Assembly (NCBI GenBank): GCA_013239625.1
Contig: MU053611.1
Location: forward strand, 1 to 63,477
Reading direction: 5' to 3'
Source: Lama guanicoe
Lineage: Eukaryota
Length of the DNA stretch: 63,477 nt
The position numbers and the translations under genes are program-made. The notes below the pieces were generated by a model. It searched no databases, had not been told where the DNA came from, and saw only the letters and a program-made list of their open reading frames with translations. Positions 36,401-51,768 of this stretch are shown piece after piece. Position 1 is the first letter of the stretch; every line of letters starts with the position of its first letter.

Positions 36401-38615
36401 TTCCTAGGGGAAATCTGCCCCTCTCTCTCTGTTTGCTGTTTGTTTAGTTCTTAGCCACCCTAAGATTGTTTCAGTAATAGAAAAGTACCAGTAAACTGCC
36501 TTCTTAGGTGCCTGTTCCTTTTAAATGGAGTGTCCTTTTAAATGATATTTTAATGGCCTTGATAGATTTGAGTGCTGACATTTGGGAATAAAACATAAAG
36601 CTGAACTGACTGCTCTATATAGGAATGAATGAGGAATTATAAGATTCTCAGAGAGAGTGATATCTGAGAGCAGAAGAGGAAAGTGAGAAGACAGAGCAAA
36701 AGCGATGGAGCGAGAGAAAGAATGCAAACGTGATCAGAAGGGAAAGAGAGAGAGACAAAACAAGAGGGTGGAGAAGGGGGGAAAAGGGGAAGGGGAGGGA
36801 GAAAGAGAGGAGGGAGAGAGAACATAGGTAAGCACTCACATCATGGAAGAATGGTAAATTTAAGGAGAAACGAAAACCAGGATTGGCACAGGTAATGAGG
36901 TATTTGGAAGGGAGAATAAACAGGAGCTCTTAAATGGTCATGTTAAGATGTGCAATAGAGACATTTGAAAAGTCTTCACTAACATCCTGCCTTTTGCATT
37001 AAATGCCATTGTTCAAATAGAAAGGGAAAGGGAACTTGGGGGTAATGCTGAGTCCCAAATCCTTCATCTACTGGCAGTGATTCACAGTGGTTTGTCAAAG
37101 TTTCTAGGGTATTAAAAGGGTAATTCTGAGCAGCTTTGTACTAGTGAGAAAACACTTAACCTGGGGTCACAAGACTAAATCCAAGTTCTGGAATCACCTT
37201 CTAAGTGATAATGAGAGAGTCATTTAAAACCAAAATTTCTTCAGTAGGAAAATAAAAAAGGTAATATTGAACATTCTGAGTTATTACACCGGTTAAGTAT
37301 ATGATTTTTGAAGAAAAAAATGTATATAATGTATTCCACATACTAATCAATCAATAAATGTTTGCTGAATCCAAAAAGACTGTAATTCTTAGAAATACAA
37401 TAGAAACAACCCAGAATAAAATGTGCAAACCAATGGGAACTAGGTAAAAAGGAAGCTAAGGGATTTTACAAACCTATAAAATAAGGATTGCCCAAATTAT
37501 ATGACTCGTAATTTGATTCCATCTCCTATTCATAAAAATCATATTATTTAACATCAATATAAGAATAATATATAACTAAAAACTTATTTGAAAATTCCTA
37601 TAAAGAAAATATAACATTTTATTTTCTCAGTGATTACCTTTTTCCAGAAGATGGTTAAAAAGATTTACTTCCAGAACTATTTGACTAAAACCCAGCAATA
37701 TTGTGATTTCTTATGATTGTTTGAAATAGTTATTTAAATACAAAAAATTATTTCTAAAACGTAATAAGAATTTTCTACTTTTTCAGTTTCTACATACTTT
37801 TTACTTCCATAATCAATCAGAGAGGTTTAGAAGGAGTGAGCTGTTTAATTTTAATTATCATAATCTGTTTGATTGACATAGAAATATATTGAATTACTTA
37901 CAAAACTGCTAACTATGTAAATCTATTACTTCAGAAGATATTGACTGAGGAAACCCTAATAATCTAATGTAAAAATATGTACTTTCAGTGTTTTTAAAAT
38001 ATGAATTATTGATCCAACTAACAGCTCCAAAGGAGCTATTAGTGTCCATCATTAAAACTATTTAACGACTTTTTAAAGCAATTATTATTCACCTAATTGA
38101 CCATAACAGTTGCTTCGGTGGAGTTATGGTATGACAGCTTCTTACATACTTCTTTGAAATTACAATTACTACTTCATTGTACTGTCACAGAAAGGTAAGT
38201 AATTGTCAGCGGGTGAGCAGAATTAATAGCTCACCCTTGCTCCATGGAATAATTTTCAACATTGTAACATCAGGATATCACAATAGGAATGAGTTAGCCT
38301 GTCAAAATGGCTTGGAAACTTAAGTTTGAGAGTTACTGTACCCTCAAAAAGTTCAGTCTGGATTTCTTCCTTCCCTGTCACTTTTTTTTTTCCTGCCCTC
38401 CCTCTCTCCTTTTCCTCCCCACTTTCCTGCATCATTCTCTTTTTTAAATTTTACTAACAATTATACACCATGCTCAGTGTACAATTTCATACTGCTTGAC
38501 CCTGCTGGCACAAGTTGAATAAAATCTATTCCCCTTTTCATGTTCTGGTGGAGTAGGGAGAAACGTTCATGAAAATTTATGACACAGTGTATTAAATGTT
38601 ATGATACATATGTAC
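30415..38615. repeat. Second palindrome: arms 30415-33237 and 35794-38615, spacer 33238-35793
   Basis: Mirrored ORFs (32837..33049 - / 35982..36194 +; 32192..32383 + / 36648..36839 -). Confidence 0.97.
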
Positions 38616-41600
38616 AAAGACATCACAAAAAGATGTCTTTGAATTCAAATAAGAGAGTCAGAGAAGGCTGTCTGGAAGCCCTGATGATACAGAACCTGCG
38701 ACTTTTTGGAAAGAAGCCTGTTCAAGTAGGTCTGGAGGGAGAGGGTGTATCTGTCCATGGCCCATGGCAAGGAATCATATTTGACTTATTCCAACCTCTA
38801 ACCTTCAAGTAAATTAAACTTTCCTGTTTTGGATTTACCAGAAGCAAATGCAACTCCTACTGTCTGTCTCTTAATTAAGAATTGACATTCACTTTGACTA
38901 ATGCCACACTTAACTAGTAAGATACTTGTTGCAAGAGAATACCACGCATGCATTAAAAAAAAAAAAAGCTATTCCTAGTTTGGAAAGCTTAGCAGACTGT
39001 CAGGTCTTGCTCTCCCCTTGACATCTTAACACCGCCGCAGGGTATTTAAAGACTTCTATCTGGCCTTTCTGAAGCTTAGACAAGAAAGACAGATAGAAGG
39101 CTGGTGAATTTGTGGTGAGGTAACACATGAGTCACCTATTGTTGCTGATCCTGGCGTCTCCTACTGTTTATTTATTTGAATTAGTGTCATGGTTTCTACA
39201 GATGTGGAGGACAGTCACTCAAAATGTCCTTGCTTCACTTACTCAATAGTAAGTCATCTCCTCCTCCAATTACTGACAAGGAAGAGTAGGGTGGTGAATC
39301 AGCTACTGACAGGATTTATGATAGCAGGAGAAGTCTGGAATTAGAGGATCCATTCGCACTAGGGAAGTAAGTCAAACAGAGGAAGACAAATAAATTGTAT
39401 CACTTATATGTGGAATCTGAAAAAAGGATACAAATGAACCTATTTACAAAACAGAAATAGACTCAACAGACAGAGAAAGCAAACTTAGGGTTACCAAAGC
39501 GGAAATGGGAGGGGAGGGATAAACTAAGAGTTTGGAATTAACAGATATACATGTTGAGTACTATATACAAAATAGATAAACAAGATTTACTATATAGCAC
39601 AGGGAACTATATTCAACATCTTACAATAACCTAAAATGAAAAAGAATCTGAAAAAGATATATATATACACGTACACACACACACGCACACACATAGCTGA
39701 GTCATTTTGCTCTCTACCTGAAATTAACACAACACTGTAAATCAGGTATACTTCAATTTAAAAAAGCTAAAGAAAAAAGAAGACGAGATGAAAAGAGTCA
39801 TGGGAATGAATGGTGGTGAGTTGCAAAACAATGTGAATGTATTTAATACCACTGAACTGTATGCTTACCACGGTTAAGATAGTAAATTTTTTATTAGTTA
39901 TATTATGTGTATTTTGCCACAATAAAAAAGAAGCAGAGGAAAAATAGAAAATGAGAGTATAAAGAACTATTTGAGAGGCAGAATTGTATTTTAGGATCAA
40001 TTTAATATGGGTATGAAAGAAAAGGAGGAGTCTCTGGTGTATCTTTTATTTCTGAGTTGTGTAATTGAATGAGAAAAGTGGACATTCTCTGATTCAGGAA
40101 AAACCAGAGCAGTGGATTTTTTGGCTGGAGGAAGGGTGACAGGCTAGGTCATGTGTTTGTTGTTAGACTTGTTGATTCCAAGATGTCTGTTGCTGTCTAG
40201 TTTACGACGTCCAATAGGCAATGAGAAGTATGGACGTGGGCCTGAGGGGAAAGGTCTGAGTAAGGGATATTGGAGACATAAATTTTGAGTCATAAAATTT
40301 GAAGTCATAAATAGGAGTCATAAAATTTGAGCTTAAAGCTGTAGGGGTGACAAGGAGAATGCCAAAGAGGATTAGACAGCAGGAGAGCAGTTTCAAGCTG
40401 AGGACTGAATCCTGGTTACCCCTCTGTGAATGGGGCAAGTCATGGAAGAGTAGTCCTGCAATAGTGAAAAACTGTCACAAAAGGCAGAAAAGGGATTAGG
40501 AGAGACTGAGATCATAGGACAAAAAGAAGGATAAGATCTCAAAAGAGGAAGAAAGAGCCTTAAGCAGTAGCAAACGGTACAGAAAAAAAATATGTAAAAG
40601 AATGACATTCATTCATAATTAGGAAGTATGAATAGTTTCAGCAGAAGGTTGGGCACAGAATAAGTCTGGCTAAATAAGAGTGAATTGATAAGGAAATGTC
40701 AATGACCAGGGGAGATAGCTAGTTCAGATATGACCCAGACATATAATTCATGCTTGATTTAAAAGGGAGTAGAGAATAAAGGCTGTAACCACAGGGAGAT
40801 GCAGGATGCTTAGATGCAGTCTAAAGCAATTTTTTTTGTTGTTTATTTTTATATTCTCTTGTTTTGATTTTAGATGGGAGACATTTAGGTCTGTATTTCA
40901 CTTCAAAGGCATGAGGGTAGAGAGAGAGATTGAAGGTTCATGATAACATAAGAAATAATTAGAAGAAGTGTGGGCTTCTTAATATAGGTGGTTTATTAAC
41001 CCAGAACCAAAGAAGGAATAACATTTCTGACAATATAGCAGAAAAGAAAATTAAGAAACACTTGGGAGTTCGTGCCTAATGGCCTCTATTAGGAGGGAGA
41101 ATAGTATCGTTACAAGCTGAGGCTCTGAGGAAAGAAAATGTGGGTTCAAATCCCAGTCACATCATTTGGGAAAGTTGCTTAGGGTTTTTCAAGCCTGTTT
41201 TCCCATTTGGAAAAATTGAGGCAATATGTGTTTAATTAAGAAAATATATGTCAGGTGATTAATGCATTGCCCAGTGAGTGATCAAGTCTGAGGCAATCAC
41301 CAGTGGCATGAAAGAAGTCAGCTACACGGTGGAAGTTTAGTGAGTAGGATGGGGATTTGGGGAAGTTGCTTGACTACAAGATGTATCCCATGGCATTAAG
41401 AATTTTCTGAATGAATTTGGGAGACCAGTGATGCCATTCTTCACCTATAGCAGGCTAGAGCACCATATTATTTTGCAGCTTTCATCTCATTCTTTCTGCA
41501 CGCACTCTCGTATTTACACAGCTTTAACGGCTCTCCATTAAGGTCTGTTTTTTTCAGCTTATATCTGTTGAGTAGCATCTACATGGCAGGCACTGTTCCA

Positions 41601-44600
41601 GACTCTGAGGACACAGGACTGAATTTAAAACAGCCAAACTTTCTGCCCTTGTGGAATTTCAGTTAAGCAGGAGAATTATAACGAGCAAGTGAAGTAGACA
41701 GCATGTTAAATGGTAGAAAATGTGAAGGAGAAAAAACGTGGAAATGGGGGAAGCAGGGCAAGCATGTCAGATAGGACGACTGTTGAATAAGTACCCGACA
41801 GGTGAGGGACCAAGTCATGCAGGTCACTGAAGAAGTCCAAGCACCTCTGAACAGCACGTCCAAAGGCCCTGAGGCAGAAGGGCACCTGGCATGGTCTAGA
41901 AACACTAAGGCCAAGCTGACTGAACAAACTGAAAAAGGAGGTGTTAGAAAGGCAGTGGGGCAATGGAAGGATGTCGTGCTTTGGCTCTAAGTGAGAGGGG
42001 AAGCCCTGATACCATTTTAAAAGCCTGCTCTGGCTGTTGTGTTTAGCAAGGGAGAAAAAGATAAGCAGATAGACCAGTTAGGAGGCTATTACAACAGTGC
42101 AGGCAAGAAATGCTGATGGCTCGGACTGACTGGTAGCATTAGGCAGTGAAAAGTGGTTGGAGTCTGCATACGTCTGGGAGGTAAAGCCGAGTTTAAGGCA
42201 GCAGTTATGAAAGTGGTGTTGTGATGTCCAGCTCTCTGACTGCTGCACGTGGCTCTCACTTGCTTCTAAAGATGGAGACAAAAGACAGGTATTAAGTATA
42301 CTTCAACTTCCAAATTCCCTTTTGTTCATTTCTGACCTCTGACATCATAAGTTTCACAACATACCGTGCCTTAAAAATGTTTGTTTGTTTGGTTTTTTTT
42401 TTTGAGTAATTTATTCCAGGGTAAATATTCAGAGTTTAGTCTAAAAAATAACATTGAATGCCTTGACCTTATGCAAATGAGAACCTCTCTTAATCTCAAT
42501 TTTTCCAGTGACAGAATCAGGGTATTCATTTCTGCCATTCCACATTCCTTCACAGGTGTATTCAGGTCAAAACGAATCACGTATGCTGTAGAAAATGTCA
42601 TTTTTCATTGGTATCGCTTCTCATATATAAGCATCTTCCAAAGCAGTGCTTTGCCTTTTACAATTTTTCGGTCCTCCATGGGGATAACCAAGTTGTCCGA
42701 TTTTTTATTGATTTTTAGCCCTCAGCATGACAGAGCAATTAGTAGAAACTAGAAAAAGCTAGAATTGATTATTCCCAAATTACTAGTAGTAGAGATTGAC
42801 CTTAGCTATGTTACACATAAAAATTATTTTGAAATAAAATCACAACCAATATAACTTTTTTAAGGTTTCTTTATCTTAACAAAATGTACTTATCTTACTT
42901 ACTTGTCCCATTCAGTCCTCCTGCAGAATTTTGAAGTACACAAAGATTATATGCTAACACTTAAAGGCATATTATTAACAATTGATATTGCTGTTGGAAT
43001 GACCATACACTCATTATGAAGTGGAAGAGAGTCAAGTTATTAATTCACAGTCCTGTGATTCTTTATGATTTACTCAAGCAAATCGTTACAGATATTTCTT
43101 TGTTAGAAATTAGCCACTTTGGATTTAGATGGAAAAATAAAGCTATGTAGGTAAAAATCCCGTAGAGAACTGGTTTTGGTATCAACATTAAACTCATTTC
43201 ATTTTTAAAAATATTTATTTTCATAATGAGCTGCATATACAAGTTAGAAAGCCACTTGATTGTAGTGCATTATCAGTTGTCCAGAATTTTAAGCTGTTTC
43301 AGGAAGGTCATTACCAGGCTGTCAGTTTAAGTAAATAAGTAGTGCTATTGAATGATTTGACCTTCAAGTAAAATAAGTGGGAATTCATCTACTAGGGTTT
43401 TTAAATAAATACAACTGTAAAATGTTTGAGAATGAATATGATTTTTCCCATTCGTTTTGACATTTTGAAAATAAGCCTTACAAAATTTTCTTCCTTTTAC
43501 ATTAGTTCCTAGTAATTTGTATGATTTATACTTTCCTGAACCACGTACTTGATAGAAAGTGTTAAATTATATGATACTCTAAAACAATGGGAAGCCACAG
43601 AAATTGCATGCACTATCAAAAATTTACTTAGGAAATGAGAGTTTGGTCGTTTCACTGTTACTCATCTTTTAGAAGACATTCAGCAAACGCATGTGTCTGT
43701 TTAAAGGACAGACTCTATGTAACAAGAAATTCCTTATTCAGAAACAGTCTGGTTTCTGTCTAAGCCCTGTGTCTAGAAGTTTCGGTCAGTCCTCCATCTC
43801 ACACAGGCTGAGTGACTAATATAAAATGTTGACAACACTCCCTGACACGTTTGAAGGCAATGTAGTTAAGTATAAATAGGATCAGAAAGCAGATAATCTC
43901 ATTCAGTCAACAAATGCTCTGAGGACCCACTATGGGCTGGGCACTGCATCGACACTGGGGAATGTGTCAGGTATCCAAGAGCCTTAATGCTCTATTTCAA
44001 AGATGCACATTTTTTTTTTCACATTTTACCGTCTCTGACATTGTGGTACCTCTTACAGCAAACAATTGGTATCTTAGCTTCGATGAAACATGGTCATTTT
44101 AATTCCCTTTACTAAGATAGCATTTTTAAAAGGACAATAAGTAAACTAAACTGCCTGGAGTGAAGACCATGGTGATTAAATGTATGAGTAAATCTTGATC
44201 CTTTTCTTACATCACTGTGTGAGAGATCTTATGCTGATGTTTAAATACCGTACTTTTAATAATGTGTGTGTATGTGTTCAAGCACTTTAATTTCTCAAGT
44301 TGTGAGCTACCTGAAGTCAAGGATACCATGTTCTTCTTTTCCCTCCTGTGAAGAATAGACACTCATTGCATATGTATGAATGGAGACGTGATCATTGAGA
44401 CTTGAGCTACAAAAGGAAGCATCTTTCATCTTTATCCCATTTAATTTGTATTTATATTCCACAAATAATAACTTGATACTTGGTAAGGAGTCATTTGCTT
44501 CTATTTTTAACTATATAGGTATTTTCACAGAGTGTATGTGTGCATGCATGTGCGTGATTGCGTGTGTGTATGTACCATTTTCTTTATTATGGTTAAAATC

Positions 44601-47600
44601 CAGATTCAATAATAATGTGTCAGTATTTATATTCACTTGAAGATAATGAAACATTTCGACCTGATGCTGTATTTGCATTTGGAAAAATACAAGGTTAGAA
44701 GTTATAATTTAAATAATTGTAGATATTTGGGACTTGTTCAAAATCATGACTGAGTCTACAGAGTATTGTGAACTCTTATTTTGGGTTCTTTCTTAATATA
44801 AAGCACATAATAAGCCACAGCTAAATGTTTGGGCATCAGCTAAGGCTATGTTCCCAGCTAGCCAAATTTTCTTTTCTGACCCAGGGTTTTGTGTGTCTTC
44901 ATGTAGCCTCTGAAATGGATCTGTGCACACTACCAAGACTTTCTTCCCCTTTGTTGTCAAATGGACAGACAATCCCACAGATATGGCTTGTATGATTTCT
45001 CAGAAAGCCCCTTTTCATCTTTTAGAAATTCAACTTGGTTCAGGGGAATTTCAACTATAAGAGCAAGCATCTTGCTTGTGCTGTTGTAAATAAGGATTTT
45101 GGTTTTGCAGCTCAGGGAGTGCCCCAGCTTCCAGAACCTTCTGCACTACCCGCTCTTCTGAAGACTCACAAAGGAAGTATTCTTTCTCCTCTTCCCACAC
45201 ACCCTTCTACTCCATCCTCTCAAGCTTTGTCAACCTTTTAATCTAGTTTTTATTTTGTGGGTTTAACTGTCCCATTTTCATAAAAATTGATTTGCTGATT
45301 TTGTGTTTGGTGTTTTTCATCGCTTTTTGGGTAATTCTCAGGAAGGAAAGCAAGAAATGCCAGTTTTACCCCATCATCCTTAAATCAGATATTCTCTGGA
45401 AGTGTTTCTGTTAAAGCAGGAACCATTGGATGTAGTTTTACTGTGAGTAAAATAACTTTCTAAGGAACTGCTATCAGGATTAATTGATGATCGGCTAGCA
45501 GTTCTCCGCGTATTTATTCCTCTCGGAATTCACTGAGTTAGTGCTACTTCCTTACCGCTGCCTCTAGGCTCTGGGGAAACCACATTTTAAACTGGATTCT
45601 ACCCTACCAGAAATTACATAAAATCCCCATTACTGTCTCCAAAGTTGAAGCAAACAGGTTGGCTACCACTGAGGAAGGGCATTTTGCTATTTGTCCACTC
45701 TCCCCCAACCACCCTGTAAACACAGCAGAGTATTTATCTATCTTTGGACAATTGTCATTCTAAATATTAGCCTTTCATCCTGCCTACTGGCCGTGTTTAT
45801 GATCCATGTCATCAGTAGTGTATCGGGACACAGGATTACTCTTATTATGGTTTTATTTGGTTTTGTTTTAAGCATTCTACTAATTAGATTGGATTTCAGC
45901 TCCAAGTACTTATATTTTAAACTTTTCTAGTCTTTGGGAGATTTACAACCCAGTAATTTCTTAGCTTTCTCGTGGGTGCTCTGCTGCTGGTTGACTTCCC
46001 GGTTGTGACTCTGAACCTCACTGAACTTCAAGACCTGGAAATACACACACTCAGCACTGACTACTTGGTTCTAAACCCTGAAACTGTGGTCTGTGCCTCA
46101 GCAAACCAAATGTGAGCATCTTACCAGTGTAAACAGAACACACTGCCGCTAATTCTCTGCTATGGCAACCACCGTTGAGTGAGCTCTGCGCATCCTCAGA
46201 TGCTTTCTGCATAGCTAAGAAAATCAGTGTAACATTCTCCGTAGTCTTTAGGCGTTAAGTAGAAGCTTTCAGTTGAGCACCGACCATGTCAGCTTAAAGC
46301 AGATCATGTTTCAAGAATCAAGAGAAGCACAACATGAAAAGCAAAGGAAGAGTGCCAAACTGTGGCTGAGTGAACAGCTGTGGCCTAGATCTAGAGGAGC
46401 TGTAACAGTGGTGCTCCCGATTTAAAACGACTTCTGTGAAAATTCTGAATGGCAGATCTCAGACAAGCTATATTTAAACATTCACGTATAAAGTTAGCTT
46501 TCTTTTCTATCCAGAGCAGTAGCGGACAGGAATTCAAAGCTTGGCCTCCTAGACAACATCTCACAAGCTCTTCTGTATTTCTTTGTACCTCTCGGTTTAT
46601 CTCCCTATAAATTAATTGTGGATGTTTATATAGTTAGCACTTGAGAATTGGTCAACTTAACATTAATATAATGGTAGAAATTCTGATTGTTATTGAAAAC
46701 TTTTTTAGTAGGTTTAAAGAATAAGACCTATTTTGTGTTGAGGAATTGTTATAAACATTTATCAGAAATTACATATACAACATCATGAATAAAGGTGTTT
46801 TACAGCATACAAATATATTAAAACTAAATTAAGACAGACTGAATTTCTAATGGATGGACTAGTCAGTTTGCTGTGTTTTTGTTTTTAATTGAAGAAGTGA
46901 GGCGGTTGTTTAATTGTTGAGGAAATTGGTTCACTGAGGTCTTCTGTGTAATAAGAAAAGGCAGGAGATCATTAGTGTAAACTTGGAGTGAAGAGCATCT
47001 TTTTACAAAGGTAATAAGCCCAGAATATGTAAAGACAAAATACAGACATATGTGACTATATACAAAAGAATTAAAAGGTATGATACATACATTATAAACA
47101 GAGTCCAACGACATGTGATAGACTGAGAAAAATATTGGCAAAATATGGGTCAGATAAAAGGTCAGCAATCCAGCCACCACCAAATGGCTATAGATCAAGA
47201 AGAAAAAGACAACCAACCTAAAGAAATACCAATCAATTATATGAGTAAGAAGCTTATAGATGTAGAAATCAAAATGTTCAGTGAATCTATGATTTCCCAA
47301 GTTTATTCATAGCCTGAGAAATGCAAATAAAAGGAAGAATATGGTGCTATTTTTAAACTATCAGACTGGTCAAACTTTGAGATATATCGTCCACTGCTAG
47401 TAAAAACATGGATAAATGTACATCCTACTTTACTGCTAGTCAGAGTGTAAATTGCTGCAAACATTTTGGAAGCTAGTCTGGGAATATCTATTAAAACTCA
47501 TATTAAGTGAACCTTTTGAAATGGCCCAGTTTGGGAAGCATTCCCATAGCAATTAAATAATTAGGATCTAAGAATACGCATACACAGACACACACTTGGA

Positions 47601-50600
47601 TATTATCGTAGCATTATCCATAGGAAAAATTAGTACAGAAAACAACAAAAATAGACAAGGGTAGGTAAATGATTGAATCAAAGGGTGTTGCTTTCATTCA
47701 ATGTGATAGTCAACAATTATTAATAAGTATGTGTTTAATCAATAGCTATTCAAATGGAAGAGTACCCAGGATATACTGTTAAAAGGAAAAAGAAGTTGCA
47801 ATATGTGTACAAAATGGTCTGGTTTTAATAAAACAAATAATTGCAAAAATAAGGGCACCATTCATATGGGTTTATAGGTTTGTGTATATTTTTTTAAGCA
47901 TGAGGAAAAGAGTGTATGGATAACGTCACTAAAACTGGTAATTTTGCAGACAGGGATGAGAATTTGAATACAGAATCCATTTGCAACTTGAGAAAAGAAT
48001 TTAATAAATAGAACCTTAAATATAAATATTTAATAGAAGTAAACAGCATTTCTCTACTTGGCACTTATTTTAGTGTAAGGAATGAGATAGGAATCAAACT
48101 TTACTTTCTCAAAGATTAGTTAGTTGTCTGAGCACCCTTTATTGAATGGCCCATCTTTTCGCCAGTCTGAAATGTTATCTTGTACGAAATCCTCATATTA
48201 ATCTGTCTCATTCTGTACTGCTATTTATTTCATGGCTTTAATTTCTGTCACTTTAAAAAACAGTCTATTATAAAACTGAAAAACTCAGTCATTACTCTTA
48301 TCACAGTTTAGTTAGATCCCACCACACATGAAATTTGGCATATAAAGTTATTTATCATTTTGTCAAATTCAAAAAAAATTCTACTCAACATTTGATTAGG
48401 ATTGCATTTCATTTATAATTTTGTTTAGGGAAAACTAATATCTCACTATATTCAATAGTTCTTTCCCCAAAGTATGTATTTTTATTTATTCAAGTATTCT
48501 TCCAGGACATTAGAAAATTTTTTGTTTTCTTCCTATCTGTTATGCACATTTTTTATTTGTGAATGTGTTATGCAAGTATGAAATAAGCTATCTGATTCAG
48601 CCTTAGTTGAACAAAACTAAGCATACTATTTAAGTTTGAGCCCAAATAATTCAAGAAACTACCAGACATGCTTTAGTGGCTATAAAACATGATTCAGTGG
48701 TTGGAGCTGATTCTTAATCCATAATGTATTCCATGTCCTTACAATTTCTAATTGTTGCTTTATTCTAAGTTCTTTATTTTTTAGTCTTATTCTTTATTCT
48801 CACTTGCCTCATGACAATAATTTTTCAGTATGTATGAGGGAAAAGATCATGGAACTGAAGTCAGTCACAATTTTTGTTAAGTCCTTCAGAAAATTTCTAA
48901 ATAGAATATAGTACATTTCTCAATTTATAGTTTATTGAGTTACAGTCTTACATATAATAAGCATTTTTAAATGCCTTTGTCTATATTTGAGATAAATTTC
49001 AAAATGAGTATCTATAATGTAAAAATATCTTTAAAGTCTAAAAGCAAAGAATAGGAGTGTGGTATAACAGCATAGTACTACACCCCAAACCAGTAAATTA
49101 GTCTGAATTTTCTTTTTTTTTTTTTTTGCTGTATACCAAATTTACTGAACAAACACTTATCCAAGCATTTATTCAATAACAGTTTTGAATACTTAATATG
49201 TGCCAGGAAATGGGCTAGATTCTGAGGATATAAAGATGCGTATCGGTGGAGCATACACAAAGTGAACCAGCAAGTACAGCACACGATGTAATACTTACTA
49301 TGTTAGTCATACGTCCAGGCGCATGACAGGCTCCTTAGCTGTTTAAGCTTTTGATGACACGGAGCATGTGGTGTTTTAGGGAAAGTTTCTCAGAAGGGTT
49401 GTTTAAGTTGAGAACTAAGGAGGAGTAGGAGTTAGTGCACAGAAGAGAGTTAAAAAGAGTTCTGGGTAGGTACCTCAGTGTCAGTGTGGCAGGTTCAGAC
49501 ATACATAGTGCTAGATGAGACAAATGAATGTTTGACTTTGCTGTGTCCTTTGTTACCTTTTCAAACCGAGGAAATGGTGAAGAAAATCCAATAATACCTA
49601 CACTGTACACATAATACTTGCAGATGTTAAAAAAAAACGTTGGTCTTCAGTGATAAAATGGTAAAACACCTGTTGGCAAAACAGATATAACTATAGTTAT
49701 ACATTCTCAATATATCAAAAGTTTTAACATCTATTTTACAAACTTTGAAACATCTTTGGTTTAGAATTTCCTCTATTTGGTCTTTTTCTATCCTTAAAGC
49801 ATTTAATAATTCTGAACCAATATTTTACCCAAGTTTTTAATAAATCACTTAAAGACAACAAATGGATATGATCCCAATTAAATAACTAAGTAAGGTTTCA
49901 ATGCAGAATAGTTTTCTTAAAATGAGACAAGCTGAAATAGAATTGATACATTTATAATGTGAGAAAGTACCAAAATATTTAAATGCAGAGGCTTGCAGAA
50001 AAGTAAAAAGCCAAGACTTCAAAAGGATCAGAAAGGGCAAACAAAATAGTCTTTTTGGCACAACAAATACTAAGTAATTCAAATAATATCAATAATATTA
50101 AGTACATTTGTGTTCCTTGTAGCAAACCCTTACATTCTCAACATAAACTATCTAGTCTCATTATACCTTTGTCCTCTGTGTCCTCCATGCAAATAGTCAT
50201 GTTCATGCAGCATTCTTTCCTTTATTGTTATAGCTTCAGTGGTTGAAGTGTTGACCCACTTCCTTCAAGAGCTGCCTCAAGGTCTTCTTCTTCAGGAAAC
50301 TTTCTGTTAGCATTCTAACCCACATCAATCTTCCCATTCTCTGAAATACCAATATTATCAATATCATGCATTTTTGGCATCATTCCTCAGATAGTGATTG
50401 AGTGGTGCCTACACTGTGCTAGGTGCCAGGGAAGCAATGATAAATAAAGCGTGACTCCTTCTCTCAAGTTGCTCACAGTCTAATCAGGGAGACAGACATG
50501 GGAAAAATTACAATGGCAAGTGCTTTGTTAAACATATTCAGAAAATGCCATTAGGGGAACAGAGGCTGGAGTAGTTTGTTTAGTCATAGTCTATTTTTAT

Positions 50601-51268
50601 TGTTTCATGTGCCATGTATACTTTCATTTTTCTCTTTTTTGCCCCCTAGCTCACAGCAGACACCATAATACAGAATATCTTGTCATCTGTTCAATTAAGT
50701 GTTTGAATATATTTCCATGAGAAAAATAACAATGTCTTTGTAACTTTTCTGTAAATCTAGAACTGTTCTAAAATTTAAAAACTTATATAAAAATAACACA
50801 AAGGACTATGTTTTTGTCTAAAAAGAAGTAATACTGATAAATAAATCAAGTTCCCATTCAGTCCACATATATTTCCCCTCTTCTTAGTAATTTTGACTAT
50901 TGTTCTCAGAGCCTATTACCTCTTTCCCACATCCATTTTTTTTGTCTAAAATTCCCCTGCATTCCTCTAAATTAGTTAAAACCTGCAAGAAGATGCAAAT
51001 TGATTAACGTGCAGCAGTTTAAACATGAGCACTAATTCCAATTTTGAAAAATAAATGTGGCCATTTTTAGCATTAGAACTTGGAGACATCAGTTGGCTAC
51101 ATGTGCATATGGAACCTAAATGCCAAATGTCTGACTGTTAGGCCAGTTTCACCCTTAAAAAAAAACAAAACAAAAAGAGAGAGATTCCTCATTCTTTGTG
51201 GAGGCAACCTGAGATAACAGAATGCTCCCCACCTTATAACAGTTTTCTTGCACCTCCTAGAATGTGGT

Positions 51269-51768
51269 TGTATCAGTTTCCTCTCGCTGTGATAACAAAT
51301 TACCTCAAACTTGGTGGCCTGAAACAACACAAATTTATTATGTTTTAGTTTGGGAAGCCAGAGCCCAAAATGGGTCTTAATGGGCTGAAAAGCAAGTGTC
51401 AGTAGGCCTGAGTTTCTTCTGATGGTTCTGGGGAAGATTTGCTTCCTTACCTTTTCCAGCTTCTAGAGACCACCCACGTTCCTTGGCTGGTGGTCCCACT
51501 CCTCTGTCCTCAAAGCCAGCAACATTGAACTGAGTCCTTCTCACACTGCTGACTCTGATTCTCGCTCTTCTGCCTCCCTCTTCTGTGCTTTCCTTGTGAT
51601 CACACTGAGCCCACCTGGGTAATCCAGGCTAATCTCATCTCGAAGTCAGCTGATTGGCCAACAGTTCCATCGGCTACCTTAAATCCCCTCTGCTGTGGAA
51701 CCTAACATTTTAAAAGGCTTTGTGGATTAGAACATGGATATCTTTGGAAGACCTTTGTTATCTCTAGC
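51269..51768 (-). mobile_element. MaLR solo LTR, MLT1-type (duplicate in tandem unit 2)
   Basis: Matches 29782-30281 at offset 21487. Confidence 0.9.
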